Shown here in pieces: positions 38,751-50,607 of a stretch of 64,000 bases of DNA. This DNA comes from Octopus bimaculoides. Lineage: Eukaryota. The notes under the pieces are model-generated. The model did no database searches, had not been told where the DNA came from, and saw only the letters and a list, made by a program, of their open reading frames with translations. The stretch covers positions 39,904,097-39,968,096 of the forward strand of contig NC_068994.1 of assembly GCF_001194135.2 (NCBI RefSeq). Reading direction: 5' to 3'. Made by a program: the position numbers and the translations under genes. Positions within the stretch are counted from its first letter, which is position 1, and the number at the start of each line of letters is the position of its first letter.

Positions 38751-39287
38751 GGATCTTTTTTAAAACGGGGGCCACATTTTTCATTAATGTTTTACGTAGT
38801 GTTTTTGGTACGGAAAGATTTTCAAACTTCGTATACTTATCTATTTTGTGTTATAGAACAGAAAAATATTTTTGTATTCGAATTTATTTCATGTAAAAAA
38901 TTGTCTTATTTCGATAATTTCAACCAATCACTGACGTCCATTCAGTCGATATACATTAATTGCCGACTACATAAACAAACGATTCTTCATTTTATTTGCT
39001 TTTTTCATTTTAAATTTGCTTTAACCCTAACCCTAACCCTAACCCTAACTCTAACCCTAATCGTTTGTTTATGTAGTCGGCACTTAATGTATATCGGCTG
39101 AATGGACGTCAGTGATTGGTTGAAATTACAGAAATACGACAACTTTAACATGGAATAATTTATGGATTTCTTTTTTTTTAAAGAAGACTAAGAGAAAAAG
39201 ATGTTTTATATGACACATTCTACCAGTGTTCCAAGTTTCAAAGTGTTTCGTTAATGAAAAATGTGGCCCCCGTTTTAAAAAAGATCC
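38751..39287. mobile_element. Non-autonomous TIR DNA transposon (MITE) with internal palindrome and (TAACCC)n; superfamily uncertain (Merlin or MULE candidate)
   Basis: Perfect 37-bp TIRs starting GGATCTTTTTTAAAACGGGGGCC; exact 8-bp TSD GGCTAATG (38743-38750, 39288-39295); 70-bp inner inverted repeat (38915-38984 / 39059-39128, 2 mismatches); splits a SINE into two joinable halves. Confidence 0.88.
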
Positions 39288-40233
39288 GGCTAATGATTCT
39301 GACAGCTTGCCACCTTGTAATATCAGTAATATTGAGGGTAAGGGGAAGTTGATTACATCTATAGCAGTACTCAATTGGTAATTATTTTATTGACCATAAA
39401 AGGATTCAGTATAAAGTCGACCTTGGTAGCATTTAAGCTCAAAACATAAAGGGCCAGAAGAAATGCTGCCAAGCATTTTGTCTAACAAAGTAACAATTCT
39501 GCTAGATCACTGTTTTAGAGCAATGTAAATAATAAGATATAGGAAGTTTTAGAATTTGAGCGTGAAGAGTACCAAAATAATAATTTTAAATCTTGGCACA
39601 ATGCCAGCAATTTCGGGGCAGGGTCTAAGTTGATTACATCAACCCCAGTATTCAACTGGTACTTATTCTATCAACTTTGAAAGGTTGAAAGCCTCTATGG
39701 AATCTGAATTCAGAAAGTAAGAACAGATGAAATGCCACAAAGCAATTTGCCCACTGTGCTAACAATTCTACCAGTTCACTGTCTTGAAGAATTGCTAAAT
39801 AATAGTTTCAAATTCAATTACAAGGTCAGTAAATTTGGGGCAGGGGATAAGTCAATGACTTAACTGGTACTTATTTTATTGACCCTGAAAGGATGAAAGG
39901 CAAGGTCAACTTAGGCAGAATTTGAACTCAAAATGCATGAACAGACGAATTACCACTAAGCATTTTGCCTGGTGTGCTAATAATTCTGCCTGCTTACCAC
40001 CTTGAAGAATACCTAAATATTAATAATCATTGTTTTTTTTCAATTTAGTCATAAAGCCAGGAGTTTGAGATGGAAGGGGTTAGTTGATTAAATTAACCCC
40101 AGTAATTGACTGGAACTTTATTTTATAATCCCTGAAAGGATGAAAACTAAAATTTACTGCAGCAGGATATGATCTGTGTGTGAAAGAAAATCTGGAAGAA
40201 ATACTACAAGGCACTTTATCTCTTGCTCTAACA

Positions 40234-40623
40234 CAGTGTTTCTCATTCATTTTTTACCTATGGACCTCTTTGATGAATAATTTATTCTGGTGGACGTCCA
40301 TAGCCATTCAGCATTTAAAAACTAGTTTTATAGGTACTTCTTTCAAAATTTCTATTTTGCTTTCCTCACGTTTGTTTCTATGGGTTTGCAGTAGCTCTCT
40401 CTCTCTGAGAAAACATGCTTCAGTGGCCAGGAACATGTTGAATTATGTAAAATGTTAGAGAAAGAAACGAAGCTGTTTCTAGCAATAAATACATTTAAAG
40501 CAAAATTTTGTCATGAACGCTTAAAATACTGTGGATCCCTAAATCCCTATTTTGCTTGTGTGGACCCCCAAAAATCTTATATAGACCTCTAGGGGTCACA
40601 TGAACCTTGGTCAAGAACCACTG
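40234..40623. mobile_element. hAT (Charlie-like) MITE
   Basis: Ends CAGTGTTTCTCA ... TCAAGAACCACTG; 8-bp TSD CTCTAACA / CTCTAATG (6/8). Confidence 0.7.
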
Positions 40624-41452
40624 CTCTAATGATTCTGCTTGCTCACTGCCTTTATCATAATCTTTAAGCAACAAGGGTAGCAATTTTGGGCAGCAGTTTC
40701 AACAATGCCATCAGCTTAGTACTTGAATAACACCATATTTTATCAACCGCATTGGTATGAAATTTAAGATTGATCTCTATGGGATTTGAACTCAGGATGT
40801 AAATATCTGCATGAAATACTGCTCAGCACTTTTTTCCAATAATCTAATTAAGGCCAGCAATTTTGAAAAAGTGGAGCTAATCAATATCATCAACCCCAAT
40901 ACTTGATGGGTATGTTATTTTATCAATGCTGAAACAATGAAAGGCAAAGTTGATCTCACCAGGATTTTAGCTCCAAAGATAAAGAGCCAGTACAAATATA
41001 GCAAAGCATTTTCCCAACTCACTGCAATGATTCTTTCAAACCATCACTCTTATATTGATGATGATGGTGATGGTGGTGGTGGTGGGGGAGTATAGTTTCA
41101 GACAGCAGTATTTATTATTTTAAACTAGCATAATCCTTAAGAAGATAGAGTTATGCAGCTGAAAAGAACTATTATCTGTCTGTTTTTCTATCACTGCCTC
41201 TCTCTCCCTCTCTGTCTCTTTCTCTCCCTCTAAATAGATAGATAGGTAAAAATAGACAGGTATATGTATATATCATCATCTTCAACATCATTCAATGTTC
41301 ATTTTCCATTCTGGCATAAATAGAATGGTTTGACAGGAATCCAAAATATATATCTATAACTATACATATTCATATATATATATATATATATATATACAAA
41401 CACACATATGTGTGTGTGTATATATGTGCATGTGTGTGCGTATGCATATATA

Positions 41453-41609
41453 GGCGAAGGAGTGGTTGTGTGGTAAGAAGCTTACTTCCCAACCGCATAG
41501 TTCTGGGTTCAGTCCCACAGTGTGGCACCTTGGGCAAGTGTCTTCTATAGCCTCGGGCTGACCAAAGCTTTGTGAGTGAATTTAGTAGACGGAAACTGAA
41601 AGAAGCCCG

Positions 41610-41641
<32 letters not shown>

Positions 41642-41642
41642 A

Positions 41643-41673
<31 letters not shown>

Positions 41674-41891
41674 ATTTGTGTATGTGTCTGTGTTTGTCCT
41701 CCCACCATTGCTTGAGAACTGATGTTGGTGTGTTTACGCCCCCATAATTTAGCGGTTCGGGAAAAGAGACCGATAGAATAATTACTAGGCTTATGAAGAA
41801 TAAGTCCTGGGGGTCGATCTGTTCAACTACAGGTGGTGATCCAGCATGGCTGTAGTCAAATGACTGAAACAAGTAAAAGAATAAAAGAATA
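41453..41891 (+). mobile_element. tRNA-derived CORE-like SINE with internal (TG)n, full-length representative
   Basis: Head ggcgaaggagtggttgtgtggtaagaagc...gggttcagtccca, CORE-like ggcaccttgggcaagtgtctt, tail gactgaaacaagtaaaagaataaaagaata. Other copies at about 44405-44790(+), 50665-51090(+), 51625-51785(-), 58060-58440(+), 60580-60960, 61680-61905(+), 63760-63950(-), 6580-6880(+). Confidence 0.85.
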
Positions 41892-41912
41892 TATATTTAC
41901 ATACAATAACAT

Positions 41913-41943
<31 letters not shown>

Positions 41944-41967
41944 NNNNNNNNNNACATACAATAACAT

Positions 41968-42007
<40 letters not shown>

Positions 42008-45000
42008 CATGCTTCTTTTAGCTTCTGTCCAAAACCGTGTGGTTGGGAAGTTAACTTCTTAACGCCACAACACCTGTACTTATATCTTTATAAATAAATC
42101 TATGGTAGGCTTATATGCAATGCTTGTCAACCAAATTTACTGATAAGCTTTGGTCAATGTGGGGCTATAGTAGATAACACATGCCTATGGAACCATTAAG
42201 GTCGACTGAACATGAGATGAGACCATATGGTCAGAAAGTGAACTTCTTATATACCTGCACATACACGGTGGATGATCACTGTATAAATACTCCAAATACT
42301 CCAAGTTAATGGATCCCATGAATGAAGGAGACTATTATGGAAGACTTGAGATGAAATATTGAAGGGTGATCTGAAGATGCTGCATTTCACCAAAGAGATG
42401 ACAAAGGAATGTGACCATCTGATTGATGACTAGTGTTGCTGCAAAACACCTGACTGCTTATTGCAAAACATATCCTGACATGTGTGTCATGTTTAAAGGC
42501 TGAAATGCTTTGTGCTCTGCAATGTGCACAAGACACATTTTGCTGTCTCACTTTAGCTAAACATCTTTCTATCTTTTGACTTTCTGGATCACTCTGTAGC
42601 TCACTTGCCACCCCCATCAGTACTGTGTATGAGAGACTCCATTAGTTTTTGCCATTTATCTGACATTAAATAATGATGATGATGACGATGATGATGACGA
42701 CAATGACGATGACGACGATGATGACAGCAATGGCAATGATGATGACGATGTCAATGGTGGTGGTGGTGATAGAATTATATAATGATGATAGAATTATTGG
42801 AGATGTATGTAGAGTTGAGTTGGTCAGTTGGATAGGTACTATATAATATGTCAGAGTACTGGTTCATTAAAAACAATGAGGATATTGGATAGGGTCCTTA
42901 ATTCATATACTTGCTTTAGTAATTCCAAAGGCATCACCTTTTCTGTACTGGGGCCAGCTGATAGCTCAGACTCCATTAAAGTGACACATATGTAAAACAA
43001 TCTTTCTAGCGCTGGTACCATAAAGTAGATTCTGTAAAGAATTTGGCAAATTGAACAGAGAATGCATAAGGTATTGAGGCACCTTTATTTGACCTCTCTA
43101 GTATTGTTGACATGAAAACACACCCAGTACACTTTGTAAATTTGTAAGCAATAGTCAGGGAATCCACCCAAAGCCAAAATCATATGTTTCAGCCTCAGTC
43201 AATGGGAGAAGCAGCTCTCAATAAGAGATGGCACAAACTTTGATGGCCCATCTGACTCATGCCAACATGGAAAGTGGATGTAAAAATGATAATGATGATG
43301 GTCTCACACACACACACGTGCCCACAAGCACACATACACATTCATCATATGAGCAAGTACTAAAAGCATTTACTCAGGCTAGACTGATGATTTGCTTCAT
43401 CCCCACAATAAGTTTTTCACTTCTTTTAATTACCGTTTCAGTCAATGGACTGTGGTCATGCTGGGGCACCACCTTGATACTGGGACACCACACTTGGGTG
43501 ATTTTTGTTCATACAAATATAGCAACATAAAAACACTTCTCTCTACCCCACTCTTTCTCTCTCTTTGTTTGCCTGTGTTTCTATCACATTAATAGTATTT
43601 CTTTCTCTCTTTCTCCCTCTCTCACTTTGTCTGTCTGTCTTTCTCTCACACTAGAACTCTTCTCTCTCTCTCTTTCACACACACAAATAAATATACATAC
43701 ATCTTACTCTCTTTTTTCTCTATCTCTCCCTCACATACTAATACTCTCTCACTTACATACATAGTAATGTAATACCCTTCTCTCTCTTTCACTTTATCCC
43801 TCTCTCCCACTCTCATCTTTCACACAATAATAGAGAAAGAATTATCAAGTATATATACACATGTGAGCATACAGAATTCTGGAATATATTAAAATTATAA
43901 AACAAAAGTAGTTTTCTTCTATTTTTTTTCTTTTTTACATGAACAAAACGCTTCAGACTTATATGAAATGAAAATTTGACTGTGCAATGACATCTTGAAT
44001 TTAATTAGGAATAAAAATACAATGAAACCAGTTCTAAAACTAAGAAGTGTATGTTGATGTCAGCACTAAGGCTTGCCAAACTTCTTATGATGACATTTGC
44101 CACTTCACCTTTTAGCAAGAATATTTCCAATGAAATACATCATGTTTCAACTACGTTTGAAAATAACCAAGAATTTAGTAAATTAACCGAGTTTTACTTT
44201 ATTAAAATGGTGTTTGAAGCAAAAATTTCTTTAATAAAATAAAAATAGGGAGAGGTTTGATTTAAATATAAACATTTTAAAGTGACAGGTTTTATATCAT
44301 TGAACCAGGGTTGGTCTCAGGTAGGTTAATATCATAACATTTAATATAAGTGTTTAAACTGTTATCTGGTTTGAGTAGAACATGTGTGTGTGTGTGTGTG
44401 TGTGTTTAAGAAGTTTGCTTCTAACCATGTGTTTTGGGTTCAGTCCTATTACATGGCAGCTTAGGCAAACGTGTTCTGCTATAGCCTTTGGCTAAACAAA
44501 GCCATGTGAGTGGATTTGATAAACAAAAACCTGAAAGAAGTCCATCATCTATGTGTATGTATACATGCATGTTTGCTTTGTGTGTTTGTGTATGTGTGTG
44601 TCTATGTGTGTGTGTGTGTTTGTGCTTCGTTGTCTTAATATTAGCGATAGTTGTAAATGAGTGTCACAGTCATACAGATTGTGTAATTTATTTCTAATCT
44701 TCCTTGATACACACATTTGTTAAAGGGAAAATATTACCTTGTTTGGAAACAGGTAAGGGTTAACAACAGGAAAGGCATCTGATTGTAGAAAATCTGTTTC
44801 AACAAATTCTGTCTGACCCATGTAAGTTTGAAAAAGTGTATGTTAAAAGGACAACGACAATGATGATGATGACAATATATTGTCAATATATTGTGTGTGA
44901 GTGTGTGTATGCATTTTTGTATGACTGCATACACAGACAAACACATACACATGGAAATACTTACATACACACATACAAGCACACCACATATGCACAACAC

Positions 45001-45852
45001 ACAACAACACTTATAAATATATGAAACAGAATAGCAAATTGTAGAAAGTGGAATTCAGGAAGAGATTTCTGCCATATATCTAGAGAAATTCTAGACTTGG
45101 CCAACTAAGTTTCACACATTAATGTTGTAATTAAAATAATCATAGTTATTAATTCGTTAATAGGATGACAGATATTAAATGAACCAAATAATATGGAATG
45201 GTAGTTATGGTGGACAGATGATGCATGCTTCATATATTAGTTGCGTAGATTCCATTATATTTATTAGCAAAGCTGAGCAAAACTATTTATATGATGATGA
45301 AGAACTGAATATGACAGTATGCAAGTTTATAGTAGATAGCAAAAATATATTGTATTTATTGTAAGGCCAGTCAAAATGAAATTACATGCATGGTATTAAT
45401 GGTAGTATTGAAATGTTTATTTTAATGCTTGCATCTAGATCTCCAATTCCTGTTTGGTGAAAACAATATTATTTAGCAAAGTAATGAACTATGGAAAATA
45501 AATTAAATATTTAAGAAAAAGTAAAAACAGCTGCCATATTTAGAGTTAAGCAATCATGATAAAACATCTGGCCTAATATTAATATACAGCAGTTAAATTT
45601 TAGAACTGAAGGCAATATAAAGGAAATTTATAAAGTAATTAATTTGAAAGAATTACCTTGTAATATGTTTCTGGAATATTTCCAGAGTTCAAAATAATAA
45701 AGATGTTCAAATTTTGAAGTATTCATATTGAATAATTAAATTTCTAATGAACAATTCTTTTATGTCATTTCGTATAAAAGCAGATTTTAAAGATCATTCT
45801 ACTCAGTTTCACAAGTCATGTGTGTGTGTGTGTGTGTGTGTGTAATTTTATT

Positions 45853-45891
<39 letters not shown>

Positions 45892-45936
45892 AATTTTATA
45901 TATAAACATATATATATGTATATCTATCTATCTGTC

Positions 45937-45972
<36 letters not shown>

Positions 45973-46234
45973 CATTTATACACACATTCTAGTTCTCAGA
46001 GTAAGAAGGAGTGGTCTTATATATCAATGACCTAGAGAAGAGTAGCCAATTCCATGAATCAGAATTTGAATCATTGTTACTGACACCACTTGTTCAGAAT
46101 CTGACCAACATTACACCCTCTAAGGTAAATTTTGCACAAATATAAATATTTTCAAAATAGAGGTTTTTTAAAATTTCTTCATTGTTTCCAGTGTAAACAA
46201 TGCTAAGAATATATTCCCAGTCCAAAGAATCTAA

Positions 46235-46506
46235 TTACGAATCTGCAAGTTTTGGCAAAGCTGGCAATGGCTTTGAGAAATTGAAACTGTTTCTTGTGGG
46301 TAGTTCCCAAAGCTGGAGAGGGACATTATAATTGCTACTGTTTAATAGATTTGACTTTTGAACATCATTGTAGCTTGTATTTCGCATGTTATTAGATTGG
46401 TAGGAACATCTGCTTGAGTCATTCATGTTCTTTGATCTGCCGGGTGTCCGAGGCAGGGACTTTTGATCTGTATCGTGGAACTTTTCAAGTGAACATGATT
46501 TCTGAC
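46235..46506 (-). CDS. Terminal coding exon of an upstream gene, most likely the cytoplasmic tail of the neighbouring protocadherin
   Basis: Acceptor ttctacaccactttaatctttcAG|GT at 46507/46506, then an open phase-1 frame (G)QKSCSLEKFHDTDQKSLPRTPGRSKNMNDSSRCSYQSNN...LWELPTRNSFNFSKPLPALPKLADS*. Unique non-repeat sequence followed by a long AT-rich 3'UTR-like region with AATAAA on minus (e.g. about 45355, 44198). The LPRT..G.SK and W.LP.RNSF..KPLPA.P motifs match my recollection of octopus protocadherin C-termini (recall, not searched). Confidence 0.72.
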
Positions 46507-47553
46507 CTGAAAGATTAAAGTGGTGTAGAATGTGAAGCTTAATACATTACAACTCCTGAGAATAAAATGGTATTTTCCCCCCCTTTTAATCTCTTGCGAG
46601 TGTAGAATCAGTGAAATGTCTAGAAACGGTTATCCTCTATTGCTTTTGAATAAAAGTTGAAAAACTAATTTGATGAATGAAAAAGCTGACAAGAGGCTGG
46701 CAGGAATGTGATATCCTATCTAACAATCTGAACCGGATCTAAAGCTCAAATAAGGATGTGAGGTTGCAAGGTCAGATCAATGCATTTCTAATAATTTAAT
46801 TATAGTCACTCGAGGAGATGAAAGAGTTTTGCAGGGAAATTATTAAATACTTATAACTGCAAATTCTTTTGATGGTAATTAAAGAATATTAACTAATATT
46901 GATACTACTGGTTGTAAATAAGGAATATTTAGAATGATTATAGACACTATAAGGAGAAAAGGAGATATATTTATAAGAATTAATCATTGTGGTGGTGGGA
47001 GAACGTAGAATATAATATATGCAACAGAAGTGGTTGCAATCAGTAGTGAGTACGGAATGGATGTAATTGTCAATAATTGCATCAGAATATACATGAAATC
47101 ATTGTAATAATGAACACTATTAGAAAAGAACATAAAATATTCAGAATAATTGAACATAATACTGCAAGTAGTTATAGAATATTTGCAATAATTAAAGATT
47201 TTACTAGCAATGACCTCTGAATGTTTATAAGAAACGATATAATTAGAACAAATTAAATATTTGCCATATGGATAATATTAATTAAAAAAAAAACGTGGAA
47301 TATATTTACACAGTCATGTGAAAACATATTAGCAATGCATATAATTTTCCAAGTCACAGTAAAGCATTTTCAATCAGGAAGGAAGTCTATCCATGCTGAT
47401 TATACCTCACCAATTAATTATTTTCTGCTTTCAGACAACTATGAAAGAAAAATAATTTATCAGAGATTTTGTGAAGTACAACAAATAGGAACCTGGATTG
47501 GAAATAGTTTTTTTTTAGTTTTTGTTTCTGTCTTTTTAATATATTTTTTCTTT

Positions 47554-48476
47554 GTAAGTCAGACAGTCCTTGGATTTGATTATGGAAAACTAAAATATTC
47601 AGTTTTCTCAGACTATTAAATTAGTTATCTATTAAGATATAAATGCTATTCAAAGAACCAGAATACGACTCAAAGATAGGCGACAACTTGAGCCAATGAG
47701 GGAGCTTCTTGATAGAGGCATTTGCTTGATCTTTTAGCAACATCAGTCATTTCATCAAATTACAAGGAACAACACAACCTAAATATTTGATATTGTCATA
47801 GGGCTGTGTGGTGAAGGAGCCCACTTTGCAACCACATTGTTTCAGGTTCAGTGCCATTCTTCAGAACCTTGGGTAAATATCTTCTCTGCAGCCTTGGGCC
47901 AACCAATGCCTTATGAGAGAATTAGATTGATGGAAACTACACCAGGCTTAAAAAGTATGTATTGTCATTGATTTGTTTGTTCACACCCTTCAAGGTGGTG
48001 TCCCAGCATGGTTGCAATCCAATGACCAAAGTAAACGATGAATGATTAAGAAAAAAATGTTCATAGAATAACTGTGATACCAAGCATGTTGGGGTACTCT
48101 GTGCAGCTGACATTGTGTGGAAGAAGGACTGGGTAATGTGATCAATACAATACCTGGAGGTGATGCTGGGAGGGTGGAGTCAATATAGGTGACAGGAAGA
48201 GGAGATATTAGTGTCCTAGGTGTGTCTGAATGTATGTAGTACAAGAGTAATCAGTTCTGCAAAGTAGAGTATATTGTGGTAGCAGAAGAACTGTCAGTGT
48301 AGAAACGGTATGTCAGTAGCCTAGATTTTTGCCAAATGTTGGCAGCAACTTCATGCCTTTCAGTCAGGTAGTTATCTATTGGATATATTTTGTGATATTT
48401 TCTTTGTGACTGGAATAATTTGATAGACAGAAACTGTACTGTGTGAAAGCTTATCATATGTATGTACATAAAGGCA

Positions 48477-48520
<44 letters not shown>

Positions 48521-48664
48521 TTTTCTTCGTAAGTCAGACAGTCCTTGGATTTGATTATGGAAAACTAAAATATTCAGTTTTCTCAGACTATTAAATTAGT
48601 TATCTATTAAGATATAAATGCTATTCAAAGAACCAGAATACGACTCAAAGATAGGCGACAACTT
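47554..48664. repeat. Identical 136-bp direct repeat pair (47554-47689 and 48529-48664)
   Basis: gtaagtcagacagtccttgg...gataggcgacaactt is identical in both copies by eye. Confidence 0.9.
48154..48225 (-). CDS. Candidate 72-nt phase 1-1 penultimate exon of the upstream gene (DTPRTLISPLPVTYIDSTLPASPP-G)
   Basis: Branch-like CTGAT about 25 nt upstream, acceptor acattcAG|AC at 48226/48225, donor CCAG|GTATTG at 48154/48153. No stops, Pro/Ser/Thr-rich, and the phase-1 end joins the 46506 exon in frame (G|GT CAG). Confidence 0.4.
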
Positions 48665-48707
48665 TTTTTTTTTCTCCAATTTTTTTTCTCCGTGTTTTNN
48701 NNNNNNN

Positions 48708-48890
48708 NTTTTTTTTTTCTCCAATTTTTTTTCTCCGTGTTTTTCTCCCTGTCTCCGTATTCTTTCTGTTGAAGAGCGTAGCTCGAAACGTCAAAGACTT
48801 TCCGTATTCCCGAGCGTCATACTAATATATACTTTTGTTATTTACACCACCTGTCCTCGTCTGTTGTCATTATTTGTATATTCTCCCATA
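48708..48890 (+). mobile_element. Penelope-like pLTR fragment
   Basis: tctttCTGTTGAAGAGCgtaGCTCGAAACGTCaaaga is a minimal hammerhead-type fold characteristic of PLE termini; adjacent to a gap. Confidence 0.55.
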
Positions 48891-50266
48891 TATATATATA
48901 TATATATATATATTGTATCTATGTTTGTTTGTATGTAAGACTGTGTCATAAATATCTATATCTATGGCAACCAGTGTATCGGGTTGTGTCTATTTATAAC
49001 AAAGTATGTTACATAACAATTCAATAAAAGATATCAACAAAATAGATATCAGACTGAAATAAGCACTAGGGATGGGGTTACATGATCAACTAAAACCCTT
49101 GCAAGACATGCTACAGTATGACTGTAGTCATACTGAAAAACATAAAAGAAAACTGCAAAACATAAAAGAAAACTGCAAAACATAAAAGAATAAGACACCT
49201 ATTCAATAAACATTGCTTTCATAAATATTCATGAAGCTGTTTTTGGTTGTGTTGTCTGAAGCAAGAAAAGAAAACAAATCTTCTTTGGAAAGGATGTCAG
49301 TCTGTCACAGACATATTTTTTTCACAATCTAGTACTTATTTCCATGTCTTATGAAACAGGTGTATCCACAATTAAGTGTCTACATTCTTCTTCTGATAAT
49401 ATTACATCAGGCATGATGATAGACATCCTATATATTACATTAATTACAAGGTTTTGAGTGGCTTTGTCCCTTCATTTATGTCTTTCAGAGATAATGATGT
49501 CTTGTGCAATTGTTACTCTTCATAAGATTACAGTAGCTGTTGTGAACTATACTCTCATTGACCCATGATGTATAAACAGGACTAACATAGTTTATTTAGG
49601 ATTCTCAGCTGAAAAAGTCTTTGAGATAACAGCATCAGCAGAACCCATAAGCAAAATTTGTTCAATAATACTGTGTAACTAAATTTTTATTCTTATTTTG
49701 TCTTTGGTCAGTGTTATTTCCTATTTGCTTCTATCTAGAAATCAAAGGAAATGTCAATTATTCCTTTCAAATTTTGCTTTTGTGATGTAGACATCAAAGT
49801 TTTGAAACTGACCTATTTTCCATTACATTTAAGACCGATTCAGTGCTAAGTTGCTGAAGCAGAAATATCGTGATAGCAAATATTCTGCTCAATACCACAG
49901 ATTTGCTTGTGAGTTGCTTGACCTTAACCACTTGAGCATGTTCCTTAATGGCTGCCAGTGTGTGCATCTCTGATCATGAGTAGGAATAGTGGAGGAGCAT
50001 CATAGCCATGTATTGAGAGGGATTCTTTGGGGTTCAAATAAATGTAATAAAAGCAAATCTTCAAGGAAATATTAGATATTTTTCATAGTTTCCAGGGGTA
50101 AGCAAATAAGAAATAACAGTTGCTACCCAAGGACAAAAGTCAGGTTACACAATGTGAATTATCCACATTAATAGAATATAACTGAAAAAGAAAATTACTG
50201 CTTTTTGTCATACCGCAAACTATTAACTTTGGAGGATGACATCGTTAGGTAGTTTACATCCTAAGG

Positions 50267-50607
50267 TCGTGTTTCTCAACCTTTTACCCTTAAATAAATT
50301 ACATGCCTCAAGGAACACATGCACAAAAAAATGATATACCATATCTTTCTCATATATTTTTCGTCATAGTACATGTGATAAATATCATATATATATATAT
50401 TAATGGTTGTTATATTTTTTGATAACATAACAGGTTTGATAGGATGATGTCTATATTACAACATTACAATAACCAATAATATTTTGCGCATGTGTTATAA
50501 TATTACGATCATGGAATTAGCATTGGCTTATCTCATTCTTTCTTGTGGAACCCCTAGAACCTTTTGCAGAACCCTAGAGTTCCAGGGAACCCAGCTGAGA
50601 AACACTG
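50267..50607. mobile_element. hAT (Charlie-like) MITE
   Basis: Ends (tc)gtgtttctcaac ... ctgagaaacactg; 8-bp TSD TCCTAAGG / TCATAAGG (7/8). Confidence 0.8.

Larger units (their letters stand above)
37843..41050 (-). mobile_element. Run of about nine minus-orientation dominant-family SINE copies with nested MITEs
   Basis: Repeated acaaggccagcaattt...aactggtacttattttat..gaccc.gaaaggatgaaaggc...gaactcag at about 37843, 38060, 38630, 39330, 39590, 39800, 40040, 40670 and 40850. Confidence 0.8.

Noticed and set aside
41895-42008. Apparent tandem duplication acatacaataacatgtacacac either side of 10 N
   Set aside because: Typical unmerged contig overlap at a minimal gap; the same pattern occurs at 48670-48745.
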